Assembly: GCA_018136815.1 (NCBI GenBank) | Contig: CM030941.1 | Coordinates: 467,528 to 499,527 of the forward strand | Source: Isochrysis galbana | Taxonomy: Eukaryota | DNA length: 32,000 bases | Reading direction: 5' to 3' | Part shown: in pieces, positions 1 to 10,492 of the stretch | Position numbering within the stretch: position 1 is the stretch's first letter | How the letters are laid out: every line of letters starts with the position of its first letter | The notes under the pieces: generated by a model | Databases searched by the model: none | What the model was told of the DNA's origin: nothing | The model's input: only the letters and a program-made list of their open reading frames with translations | Made by a program: the position numbers and the translations under genes

Positions 1-1003
1 CAGGTGGCACAGTGGGCGAGCGCTGCCAGGAGCAGCTGCGATCAGACACGGGAGATCTACTGGACGTGCCGAGCGCAGGAAACCGTTGCAACCACGGCGC
101 GGCCGCTGGACGAGATGCCACCCAAAAGTCATTGTCATCTGTTTGCTGGCCGTTCATCGTCGGGACTTGACTCCATCTGGTCGCATCTTCATGACCACCT
201 ACATTTTCATCAAAATTGAGGGCCATCGTTCGAAGAGGAGGTTGAGCAACCTCCTCGAATGCGCCCTTCAATGTGGGGCGACCGCACGCTCCTTCGCTCG
301 ATGGCAATTGCCAAAGAGATCGGTCACCGCTGACCAAACCATGGCTACTGTCATTCTCATCCTCTAGAGCGGCGAGCAGGGATTGGCGGTGGTAGTTGCA
401 TGGAGCCGTCAAGGAAGGCATATGCAGAACAGGCTGCGTGTACCGGGTGCTTGGACTTCGGAAGTTCAATGGAAGATGCTCTGACGCGGCGGTGCTCAGT
501 ATTCTCGACGGCGTCAGATTAGCCACTTGTCCTAGACTGCCACTTTCGCCAATGCGAGGTGGTGAGAATTGCAGCGACTTGAGTTCTTCATGACCTGGAG
601 TGGGAGGGCACCCGCCGCCAATTTCGCTGATGTTGTGCGAGCTGCGAGGTGGGGAGAATTGAAGCGGATTGAGCGCCGCACGGCCCGGAGTGGGAAGACG
701 GCTGCAGGATCGTGCGGCACCTGCGTCGTCCTCCTCCGGAAATGCTCGTGGGCTCCCTGATGAACTCCGCTCCCCACGGCTCGGTCTAGTCTCGGTGAGG
801 GGACGCACGGCCTGTGGTCTTCTCGAGGCGTGCTCTTCGTCGCGCCCAACAGCGCTCGAGCGCGGCGCTGCAGCACTGAGGCTGGCAGATGAGAGAGCAA
901 TGAGATCGAGCGACGCTGCAGCAGCCGGTGCATGGGAAGAGGAGGTACGTGCCGTCTTGACAGGGCAACGCCGGCCGATGGCGCGCGCGTACGGCTGCGG
1001 CAT
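1..1003 (-). CDS. Possible 5' exon of a hypothetical Ser/Pro/Ala-rich protein, open to the left window edge (partial)
   Basis: Hand translation of the minus strand gives one frame with no stop from beyond 1080 down to position 1 (over 330 codons). In-frame ATGs lie at 1003-1001 and 1048-1046. The frame is absent from the ORF track because it has no stop in the window. No recognisable domain. A sense-strand CT-rich tract sits just upstream, as at other genes here. Confidence 0.3.
   Translation of the reverse strand, partial: MPQPYARAIGRRCPVKTARTSSSHAPAAAASLDLIALSSASLSAAAPRSSAVGRDEEHASRRPQAVRPLTETRPSRGERSSSGSPRAFPEEDDAGAARSCSRLPTPGRAALNPLQFSPPRSSHNISEIGGGCPPTPGHEELKSLQFSPPRIGESGSLGQVANLTPSRILSTAASEHLPLNFRSPSTRYTQPVLHMPSLTAPCNYHRQSLLAALEDENDSSHGLVSGDRSLWQLPSSEGACGRPTLKGAFEEVAQPPLRTMALNFDENVGGHEDATRWSQVPTMNGQQTDDNDFWVASRPAAAPWLQRFPALGTSSRSPVSDRSCSWQRSPTVPP
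553..732. repeat. Two diverged tandem copies of a ~90-bp unit
   Basis: tgcgaggtggtgagaattgcagcgacttgag at 553 recurs as tgcgaggtggggagaattgaagcggattgag at 643. Both copies continue into ...ggagtggga.... On the minus-strand frame each copy encodes QFSPPR. Confidence 0.5.
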
Positions 1004-1037
1004 CTTGTGCTTCGAGAAGCCGCCACTCCTCTGGTAG

Positions 1038-1440
1038 GTGGGAGGCATTGGGGAGTGGGGTAGGGGAGCGGGGGCGCTTTGGCGGCTGTGCCAGTGTGGC
1101 CTGGTATGTGGGTTGTTGGTGAGGTGTGTGTGGCGAGGTGGGGGCACTGGTGCGGGATTGGGAGAAAGGGTAAGGGCGAGGGAGGAAGGGTGGCGGCGAG
1201 GACGAGCGGGGAAAGAGGGGAAGAGGAGAAGGAGCGAGGCTGACGAGGCAGGGAGGGGGCGAGGTGGGCGGGATGATCGTGCTGCGCAGAGAGTGAGAGG
1301 AAACAGACCGGGAGAGAGGAGAGAGAATGGGGGGGGGAAGAGAGAATAGAGAGAGGAGAGAAATAGAGGAGAGAGGAGGGGGGGACTCCTCGGACGGACG
1401 ACGGGCCCGGAGCCCCCCCCCCCCCCCCCGAGAGGGGAAA
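1038..1440 (+). repeat. Purine-rich (GA/G) low-complexity tract ending in a poly-C run
   Basis: Runs of ggga/gaga/gagg visible directly, with a C homopolymer near 1417-1431. This tract accounts for ORF 1038..1349. Confidence 0.8.
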
Positions 1441-1573
1441 AAAGGGCGCGAAAACGAGGGGAAGCGATACTTTAAACTTTTTAAACTTTAGGCCCCGACC
1501 CGCCTAACCCTAAAGTCGGCCCGCCGCCTCGCTCTCCTCTTGCTTAGGCGCCTCTTTCACACCCGTTGGGGAT

Positions 1574-1696
1574 TTATTGTAGATTTGTAGAGTATCGATA
1601 GCATGATAGCATATTCCTGGCCCCATACAGCGGACGAGCCATGTGCCAACCGCGCACACACCCGTATCGCGTATCGCCCATCGCCCATCGCGGGGC
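1574..1696 (+). repeat. Interspersed repeat family R2, copy 1
   Basis: attgtagatttgtagag...acagcggacgagccatgtgccaaccgcgcaca...catcgcgggg aligns by eye with 29178-29280 in the same orientation. The shared core is about 35 nt and nearly identical. Confidence 0.6.
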
Positions 1697-2099
1697 GAGA
1701 AGGTGTGCAAGCTGAGGTCCAGCTCCAGTTGTTTTTTCTTTTTCAACCCCCCCCCCCCTTTTGGTATGAAACTATAGCAGCATCCACAATTTGGGAGGTC
1801 GACCGGCAACTCGCCACCCCTCATTTCACATTTCAGGGACTCCTCCCTCTGCCCTATGGGCTATGTGCACTAGTCACTAGTCACTAGTCAGCGCTCAGCG
1901 CCGGGTGTGGCTTCTGTGATTCTGTGAAGGTGAAGGTGCAACCTGCTGACCTGCTGAAGGTCTAGTTTTCCTCCCCCCCCCCCCTTCCATTTTACACTCG
2001 CGGCCGCTTCGACGGTGCGGTCTCGGCCGCTCTCGGCTCTCGGCCATGGGCGTCTGATCGGCCGGCGTGGCGAGGTGGGCGGAGGGAGAGGAGGGGAGC

Positions 2100-2237
2100 G
2101 GCGCGCGCTCCATGACCATATTGTTTTGAAGTTTTGAAAGATAATTCCGGGAGAGCTGGTGACGCCGCCCTCGGCCAGGGGGGCGGAGGAGAGGGGGGAT
2201 GCGCGCTCATCCATCACGACCAAGTATAAACTTAGTT
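2100..2237 (+). repeat. Terminal fragment of repeat family R1 (third copy)
   Basis: Ends with accaagtataaacttagtt (2219-2237), identical to the copy A terminus at 9674-9692. It is preceded by a similar ggaggagagggggg...cat... segment. No target-site duplication found for this copy. Confidence 0.45.
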
Positions 2238-3016
2238 GTGGACATTGGCCAAGAAGGCGGGCTCGAGCGGGCGGGGGCGGCCGCCGCCGTCGCTCGGGCG
2301 CGTGTGTCTAGTGAATTTTTTTGCTTTGTACACCCATGCATGTACTAGTATTCAGTAACATGGGAGCGCGAGGAAAATGGGATGTAGCGAACAAGATAGG
2401 CGGGATGACGTGGATCCTCGCGCCCGGCGGGAACGTGGTTCTCTCTAGTGCAGGAGCCTCGTCGCGCGGGCGCGGGGCGGAGAACGGACGGACGGCGCTT
2501 CACAACCGCCGCAGTCCAACAACACTGCAAACACATGGTTGGTACATGGTCATCCTTTCGCTAGGGAATGAACTCCATGGAATGGAAGGCGTCAAAAGGA
2601 GCGTACGACGATGTACGTCGCCGAGACCAAGGTGACGCATGTGTGAGGCCAGAGGAAGGTCGAACCACCGTGAAGTTTTGGGAGTACTCAGCTGCCGCAA
2701 TCATAGTTGATTACTACCGGGTGGTTGCCAATTGATGACAGCCGGTCGTACGACGAACCTTGCACCCCTGATGACAACTGTGGCATTGATGAGTCACTTG
2801 GAATAGCCCGGCGTAGATCGTTTGAGGTAGCCACCGTGGTAGCATCGGTCGACGCTAGTCACGGCGGAGTGCCACAGAATACTAGTGTGCCACGCGGCAT
2901 GGAGTGCATGGCAGGATGATGCGGAACTACTAATGTGGACGGCAAGTCTGAAAGAGGGCTGCTACCGTTCCAATGTTAGGCGAAAGTCAAGGTGGGCAGC
3001 AGGCTTGCGCGTGCCG

Positions 3017-6000
3017 CTAAGCAGCAACGGCGTGCGTAGAGCGGGTTGCACAAGGAGAGACGACAGGATTGGGACGGCATGGCCCATCATTGTTGGTCGA
3101 TGCATGCAATCCCGCCTTCCTCTCAGTGTGCAACTTGCGCACGGCGGCTGCAATGACAGGTAACCCGGCACCCTTGTCGAAGGCGAGGTCGACGCCCGGT
3201 AGCTTGCGTAACTGGGCTATCTGCGCACTAGGCGCGCCCGTGAGGATACAGGTGACACCACGAAAACCTACGCTACGCAACTGTGCACACAGGAGCGAGC
3301 CCAAGATTGGCGGCTCATCGAGCTCGGCAATGTTTTGGTCGAGGATGGCAACATCTGCTGGCACAGACTCCCCTTCCGTGTATGAAAGGTCTGCGTTGCG
3401 CACGCCCATCACGATGTCGACGAAGGCAGCTCGCTCCTCGTTGGTCTTTCCAACCGAGCGCGAGCAAGGGTCGGCATTGAGGTAATGTGAAAACAAGATG
3501 TTGTGGATCATCCGGGGCAGATCCTCGTCGTCGATCCCAACGCAGCGGAGCTGGCGCGAGTTCTTGGCCGCCGCACCGACCTCGGGACTGCTTCTAGGGG
3601 CCGAGGTCAGGACATTTGGTGGGGGCGACGCGCCAACATTCGAGTAGCAAGAGCTCCTCCTCGAGCACGTGCTCATGTGGGATTTCTTCACAGGCGGCCG
3701 GATGGGAAGCGGAAGAACGGCGCAGTTGGGCGCGGCTTCCGCGAGGGAGCCCGTAGGCCCCGGTGTCGCTTGGCTTGGTTCCTGCCCTGACAGGGACGAG
3801 CCCGAGCAAGCTGATGACGGACGCTCCGGGCCAGCTTCAACTGTTGGAGCAAGGTCCTGGTCATTGGTGCCGACAGGGTACGCGGCATCTGCCTGTGAAG
3901 CTTGTGGTGTCGGCAGCAGGCTATGCGGACTGCTGGCTCTAGTGGCGAGCGTTGAGTCCGAGGTGACCGGGCTACCTTGGATGGGGGAGTCCAAGATGGG
4001 GGCATGCATTGCCGGAGAGAGACGTCTGGCCGGCTGCGCACTGGCAACGAAGACCAGCTTCTCGATACTGCGCAACTTGGGAAGATGGCCATCTTCCTCG
4101 CCCGGCGCTTGGAGCGAGCGCACACCGCCGCGAATGGGCACAGAGCTCCAGTCAAGCCCGAGGGAGTTGTAATCAGGTGTGGTCCTACCCCTTGTCGGGG
4201 CCTCACAGAGTGGCTGTCGGAACGTGGCAGCCGCAACTCCACGCCACCTCCACCCGGCGGCGCCGGCCAAGCTGCGCACGCCGTCCACACCGTCACGCGT
4301 GAGCGGCTCGTTGCTCCTGTAGCGCTGCTTGGGAGCCACTTTCGTGAGCATCAAGTGCCTTGATGACGCCCACAACCTTGCCTCGTCTGAACCGCCCTTG
4401 TACGCAGTGCGCGAACGCGTAGATATCGCGGATCCCGTCGAATTGACCCTGCGCATCCCCATCCGCTTGGCCTGGCGACACTCGTGCCGCACCGGTGATA
4501 AGTGGAACCGCCCGGATGGGGTGGGGCTTGTGGCGAAGCCGGTCGATGCTATCAAGGGCGATCGCAAGGGGGAGCTTCCGAGTGGGGGCGACTCGGAGTT
4601 CATGGTCAAATGCGAGAGCTGAACATCTACGCCCGCCTCGGCCGCCTGGTGCAGTCGCCATTGATCGGTCACAGCCTGAGGGCTCATGCCCCACGGGACT
4701 CGACGAGGGTAGCTACCGGAGGTGGGCGAGGCAGCGGCGTTGAATGTGTGGTTGATGACCGTTGCCGGCAGGGAGACGTGCACTGATGTCGTCTGCGCGA
4801 CGCCGTCGCACGTTAGCCGCACCGAGCCGTCAGCAGCGGCGACCGCACGCGAGACCGAGTCCAGCCCGACGCCGTCCGACATGGCTGAGGCCACGTGCGA
4901 CTTGTAGCCTGGTTCGAATACGCGCCGGCACTCATCGTCAGAGAGGGCCTTGAAGTCATGTGGGTTGACGTTTGTCACCGAGATGTGCACGAAACCATTG
5001 CGGAAGTGCGCATCCATGCGGACCCTTGTATCCTTCCTGCGGTACTTTAGCGCGTTGGACATGATCTGCACAGCGTACATGTGAGGCCTGGTGAGCCGAC
5101 GTGACCATCTGCGAGTTTTGCGCGCGGCAGCCTCCCGGCTCCAGTGCCCCGGTCGCCACCCTTGCGCGTACCTCGTCCAGTGCGAGTTTTAGTACTGTGG
5201 TGTCAACTGCGACCATGTGGTTGATGGACGAGTGGAGCATCCCGGATCCAGCGAGGGAGTACTCGAGCATCTCGTTGATCTCGACTGAGGTGGCGCGCGA
5301 GACGTAGGTCTTTTGCTCAAGCTGGACAAACACCTGGGAGCGAATAGACGGCCGGCAGTATGGACGGATGCTGGCGCGCAGCTACGGTGTGGATCGGCCA
5401 TCACGCGATTGCGGGGCGCCTTTTTTACCGGCGGCGCGTCGCACCTGACGGCGGTGGCACCACTCCACTGCCTCACCCAAGTGAGTGATGGGCGTGATTA
5501 GCATCGCCTCCAGCTCTTGCGGTAGCTGCCTGCTAAGGTACGGCTCGATGAGTTCGCGAAACGATGTGATGGAGTTTATCGCGGAGCCGCAGCGTCCCTT
5601 AATGACATGGTTGAGGCGCTTATCGGCGGCAAGCTCTGCCTCGCGGGCGGCATTGGTGCGCTGCAGCTGCAGTGCGTTCTCCTCGGCGGCGGCGACTCGC
5701 GCAGCAGCGTCGGCCTTGGCCAAGGCCGAGGACTGCGCATCGACGAGCCAGTCGCGGAAGAGCGAGCGCCGAACCAGCGCCACGGAGTAGCCCAGGAGCT
5801 CGCCCAGGAGTAGCACGCAGATCGCGAGCACGGTGTTGGCCAGCGCACGGGGCATCAGCTGCCGGTTAATGAGGTCGGTGTTGCCTACCAGGACGCTCAA
5901 AATGATGATGGACCGGCTAGTCATCCTGGAGTGTGGCGGCAGCACTACAAAGCGGTGGTGAGCGCCGCAGATCATGAGCAGGATGGACATACAGACGAGC

Positions 6001-7316
6001 GCCGACGAGTCGAAGCCGGCGCCCGAGTCCATGTCCGTGGCCAGCGTCATCAGATCGGCTATTTCCTGCACGTTGGCCGTCCACGACGCCCACGAGGCGG
6101 GTGACCCATCGGCCCGTCGCCCAACACCGCGCAACGCGCAGATGACATATGAGATGCCCGCGAGAATGGACAGCGCCGTGTGCCATGTGGCGAACTCCGA
6201 GAAGGCCCGCGGAATGTTCCGGATGCCATAGGTGCGCCGCCTTGCGTACCACAGACCGACCGCGTACGGGATGGCGATGATGGCCACCGGCCAGGTGGCT
6301 GCGGAGATCTGCACACTCACCACACAGAGGGCTACCGCCGTGAAGCATGCGCACGTGTGCGCTGAATGCAGACTGGAGAAAGTGCTCACTGTATAGAGCA
6401 TCTCGACACGTGGGTCATCGAAGCCCAGCGATATGGGCTGCATGCGCACGGTGGCACAATCACAGTGGGCGTACTTGAAGAACCAGCGCAGCATATCGTT
6501 GAGCGACATGTATGACATCGGGATCTCGTCGCCCGAGATCTCGGAGGCAGAGTCAGACTGGTTGCTGGAGAAGTTATCCGAGCCCGTGACTTTGTCCTGG
6601 CTGAGCCTGCTCAGCTTGTGCTCCGACACCTGGTACTGACAGGCGACGGGAAGCGAGAAGCACTGCGAGGTGACGCTCCACGGGCCCGAGGGTGGGCGGG
6701 TCGGCACGTTGTGCAGCGATGAGCCGTTGGCTGCAGCGGCATCCTTCTTCTCACTGAGAGCGTTGAGCATGAGCGAGGCGAGGTGCATGCCCGCCGTCTC
6801 GCCGAGCAGCAAGGCAAGCCACATGACGAGCGAGGACTCCCGGTGGGCCATGATCGACCAGTTTGGTGCGAGGCTATACGAAATTCCCACGATGGAGTTG
6901 TTCAAGAGCCGGTGGCCCTCGTACACGCCTGAGAGGTGGAGGCAGACTGGGATGAAGAGCGTGTTCATCGCAAAAATCCAGACGCCATAGTCATCGACGT
7001 TGACGACGAGATGTGCGTAGTTGGCTCCCCATATGAAGAAGGTGCAGCAGATGCAGGTGAGCGCCAACCATATCCTGCCAAAGATCAGGATGGCTCGCTC
7101 CTGGTTCTCAATGTTGCTCACGATGAGTCTCGCTGCGATGAGGTTGCCAAAGAAGATGCACGCGAGCAGGCTGATGTACCACGTCTCAGGCGAGATGATG
7201 GTGCCTGCGACGGATAGGATCATGCCTAGCCCGCAGAAGGCGTGGTGTACCAGCTGCACTTTGTTGAAGAGCATGACGAGCTCCTTGTCCCCCATGCGGC
7301 CGAGGCAGCGGCTCAT
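3017..7316 (-). CDS. Hybrid sensor histidine kinase: polytopic membrane sensor, DHp-like helix, HATPase_c, long low-complexity spacer, receiver (REC) domain
   Basis: Three exons: 7316-5445, 5333-5172, 5065-3017 (stop included). Intron 1 is 5444-5334 (111 nt, CAG|GTGCGA...cccag). Intron 2 is 5171-5066 (106 nt, GAG|GTACGC...gtgcag). Both junctions are phase 0. Splicing joins VDTTVLKLALDE to IMSNALKY, rebuilding a canonical N-box. The G2-like motif is SDGVGLDS. REC motifs are GIDDED, AILDQN (Asp codon 3340-3338), CILTG and AFDKG. The first real ATG is 7316-7314; the ORF-track start at 7331 is TTG. Confidence 0.85.
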
Positions 7317-7331
7317 GGGTTCCCCTTGCAA

Positions 7332-7560
7332 GGGGGGGAAAGGGGGAGGGGGAGAGGGGGGGGGGGGCAGGGGCTTCTCTTTCTCTCCGTCTCTTCCCTC
7401 CCCTCAGGCGGAGTGAAGGGAGGGGCGTGGAGAAGGGTGAGGGTGGAGAGGGGTCTGCGCAGAGGCGCGGCGAGGGGGGAGAAGAGAGGGGTTGTTGGGA
7501 GAGGGAGGGGGGGAGAGGGATGGTGTGAGAGAGATGAATGATGAGACAGAAAGAGAGAAG
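7332..7560 (+). repeat. GA-rich low-complexity tract directly upstream of the histidine kinase start (CT-rich on the gene's sense strand)
   Basis: ggggga/gagggg/gagag runs visible directly. It produces the spurious Gly/Arg/Glu- and Pro-rich ORFs in this interval. Confidence 0.8.
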
Positions 7561-7659
7561 AATTCCGGGGAGGCTGCATGCCGAACAACACCGGCGAGCT
7601 CCCGACGAGAGCTCTAGTTCAACGAGAAGAAGTTAGGGAAACGAGAGGGGGAGAGAGAG

Positions 7660-7860
7660 GTCCCCTGGGTGTCTTCTTTCCCGCTCTCTCTTCTCTACTC
7701 TCTCGTCCCCCTCTTTCCCCCTTTTCTCCTCTCTCCACAGGAGGGGACCCACCCACAAACGGTGTTTTTCCTCTCCTCCCATGATTGTCTCTCTCTCTCT
7801 CTCTCCCCCTCTTCCCTCCTCACGCTCGCACGGCTGGTTGGACGGCCGGCCCTCGAGGAG
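7660..7860 (+). repeat. CT-rich low-complexity tract
   Basis: tctctc/ccctc runs visible directly. Confidence 0.8.
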
Positions 7861-8224
7861 ATGAGATTGAGTGAGTAGGTGGGTGGATTTCTTCTGTCAC
7901 GGCGAGGGGAAGGCGTTGGCGTGCTGACCGAGAAGCTTCCCCCTGGAGGAGAGGGTGGTTCGAAGAGAGCCCCCACGATCTGGAGGCGAACCTCGCGCTG
8001 GCAGGGGGCGAGATCGTGCAGCTCGACCCGCCTCGCCGTGCGAGCCCACATCTCGCCGAGGGAGATCGGAGGTGCGCGCCTGTGGCCCGCGCTCGCCTTC
8101 TCGGCGGCCCCTCATCAGTTCTCCCGTGGCATTCGAGGGTTCGTGGTGATGTGAAACGGTGAGAGGACCTCCCGCCTCATCTCGATGGGCGTGGCCCCCG
8201 GAACCCCGTTGAGAGTTGACTAGG

Positions 8225-8580
8225 CGAGAGCAAGAAAGGAAGGATTGGGGGGGGCGGGGAGGGGGCTCGGGATCTCGTGGGCGCGGGAGGGCGCGAGAGG
8301 GGAAGGGGGGAAAGGGGAGAGAGGGGAGGGGGGGGGGGGGGGGAGAGGGAGGGGGGGGGGGGGGACGAGCCCCCCCGCCGGTCCGCCCCCCCCCCGCCCC
8401 CCCCCGCTTCCACCACGTCCACACCCCACCGCGACGGAGCCGTTGGCCCTCTGGTGTGAAGAAGCCAAAGGGGCCTCGCTTACGTTGGCGAGGCCCTCAC
8501 TCAGAAGGGGTCGCGGGAGATGGGGGGGGGGGGGGGGTCGCGGGAGATGGGGGGGGGGGAAGACTCTCAGCAGCCGACGG
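8225..8580. repeat. G-homopolymer-rich block switching to a C-homopolymer-rich block, followed by a short direct repeat
   Basis: G runs at about 8320-8365 are followed by C runs at about 8370-8410. gtcgcgggagatgggggggg occurs twice at about 8508-8560. This explains the Pro/Gly-rich ORFs on both strands. Confidence 0.75.
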
Positions 8581-8932
8581 TGCGAGCACGCCAAACCTTC
8601 GCCGACCATCGGGGCCCCGACCGCTGGCCGATGGCGGCGGCGGCGCCTCCTCCTCCTCCTCCATGAGCACTCGCCCTTCAATCTTGATTGCGCTCCTCGG
8701 CGTCTTGCGGCTTTGATGATGCGCTCCGTGATCGGGGGTCTCGCCAGCCCGCGGGGAGGGGTTGCAGCGGCTCAACGGGGACTCGAAACGACTCAACAGC
8801 GCGACTAAGGGCCGGTCTACGCGACCGCCGATCGTGAATCGAGACCCTTACCCCCTTTGCAAGACTAAAGTTTTTGCTTAAAAAAAGGTCGCGGTGACAG
8901 ATTTTTAGCTAAAATCTCCCGCTACCGCAAAA

Positions 8933-9692
8933 TTAATTAATTTCTTAATAGTCTCACCGCACACGCGACCGTGCAGCCTCTACTTTCTACTCACGTAGGA
9001 AACTTTCTACACCCCCACTCCCCCGGCCCTTTCCCCCCCGCCATCAGGCGACTCCCCCCGTGCACTACTAGGGGGATAGGGGAAAAGGGCTTAGATATGG
9101 TCGGTGGCCCGCGCCCCCCCCCCGGCGATCCGTTCCCCCCTTCCTCCTACGCCTACCGGGCTGGCGGCGGCCTCGGTCCCGACTTATCCTGTAAACAGGT
9201 GCGGGACTTACCTATTTTCCGGTGAGCGGAGCTCTCGCTCCGCCCACCCCCTTCTCCGCGCTCTCTCTCCCCTCTCCTGCAGGCACGCGCGATGGCGCGC
9301 CTGCGACAGGCCTGCAGCCTGCAGCTGCCCCTGGCGACCCCTGGAGGCCCCTAGAGGCCAGCTCAGGGGGCAGAGGAGGCTGGGGCTGGGCCCTGGCCTC
9401 CCCTGCCTCTCCCTCGCTGGCGCTCCTGGGCCTCAGGGGTCCCCAATCTGCACCTGTCTGCCTGTCGAACAGGGGGGGAGGGGGGGTTGGAGCGATGGGC
9501 TGGCCACGACAGGCCAGGACGCGCGAGGCAGGCAAGCCTGCCAGTGAGAGAGTGGGTCAGCAGGGCATTCTGCTCCTGGCAAGCCATCAGGCGTGCCAGG
9601 AGCATGGGTGGTTCCTCCCCCATGGCAGGGGAGGAGTGGAGAGAGGGGGGGGCTCGTGCCCCCCCATGGGGCAACCAAGTATAAACTTAGTT
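8933..9692 (+). mobile_element. Unclassified interspersed element R1, copy A (760 bp) flanked by an exact 16-bp target-site duplication
   Basis: tcccgctaccgcaaaa occurs at 8917-8932 and again at 9693-9708, exactly bracketing the element. The interior, including cagctcagggggcagaggaggctggggctg...cctgcctctccctcgct, aligns by eye with the reverse complement of 14939-15859. The terminus is accaagtataaacttagtt. Confidence 0.7.
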
Positions 9693-10171
9693 TCCCGCTA
9701 CCGCAAAAAGCGGAGGTAATGACAATGACACTACAGTTTTTCGGGCCGCCTCGCTATCGAACTTTTGGCTACCTGTCAGCGATGGCGGACGACGGCCCGC
9801 CAGGGGATGAGCTGCTGGGGGAGCTGGAGGCAGCAGGCGATGGCGAGGCGCCCAGGGAGCGGCGGCGCAGGGGCACCAGACTCGACGCGCTGCTCGCGCA
9901 GCGCGAGAAGCGCCTCGTGCAACTTGACAAGGGCCGCAAGCGCGTCGCCGAGTGCGAGGGGAAGCTCGACAAGGCGTGGAACAAGGCGGCGAGGCAGGGG
10001 GAGGTGGAGAAGGCGCGCGCGAAGCTGGAGGAGGAGGAGAAGAGCCTAGATGTTAAACACAGTGAAAATCCTTCCAAACACGGTCAAAACCCTCTGTGTT
10101 TGGCCTTGGAAGAAACACAGCGAAACACAGCATAAACATAAACACAACATACAACATACCTTGTATGTACC

Positions 10172-10492
10172 TTGCCCCCCCCCCCCCCCGCAATAGCTCA
10201 ACAAATAATTTTAGCGCAGCCAGCGGCAGCGTCCGCGGCTGAACGAAATGGGTCCGTCTATGGCCAAATACATTGCGCCAGTCGGTTTCGGATGAGCCAT
10301 AACACTGCAGATAAATTAGTTCTTTGTCACGAGTCCATGCACACACAGCTCCACGTTCAAGATAGATGCAAGCTGGTCTCCAGATGTGGTGTGAAGTGGG
10401 AGAGTGACGACGATAGTGATGCGGAAGATGATTGGATGGCTGGTGGGAATGGGTATGACCTCCCGCGCATCGCAGGGATGGCACTGTTCTGA
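10172..10492 (+). mobile_element. Remnant of a hAT-superfamily transposase C-terminus (dimerisation-domain-like)
   Basis: The ORF reads IAQQIILAQPAAASAAERNGSVYGQIHCASRFRMSHNTADKLVLCHESM. This matches the remembered hAT pattern (..iL..p.sSaasER.FS..g.i....RnrL....a.kLv....N) and is followed by an acidic tail. No N-terminal transposase part or TIRs seen. Confidence 0.45.

Noticed and set aside
1500-1516. Telomere-like cctaaccctaaa
   Set aside because: Only about two CCCTAA units are present and they are not tandemly extended. This is most likely chance or part of a repeat.
3069-4953. Many 60-200 aa ORFs overlapping the histidine kinase on the plus strand and in other minus frames
   Set aside because: These are typical shadow ORFs of a GC-rich coding region. 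Only the frame carrying the HATPase and REC motifs is supported.
3017-7316. The kinase as a histidine-kinase rhodopsin, or as a phaeovirus-type (viral) hybrid kinase
   Set aside because: No RYxDW helix-C motif or retinal-lysine context is visible in the membrane region. The presence of two spliceosomal introns argues for a cellular gene rather than a viral one.
7242-8808. Numerous Gly/Arg/Pro-rich ORFs on both strands (for example 7897..8424, 8216..8716, 8245..8808)
   Set aside because: They coincide exactly with GA-, CT- and homopolymer tracts. They overlap each other in all frames and have no domain-like sequence.
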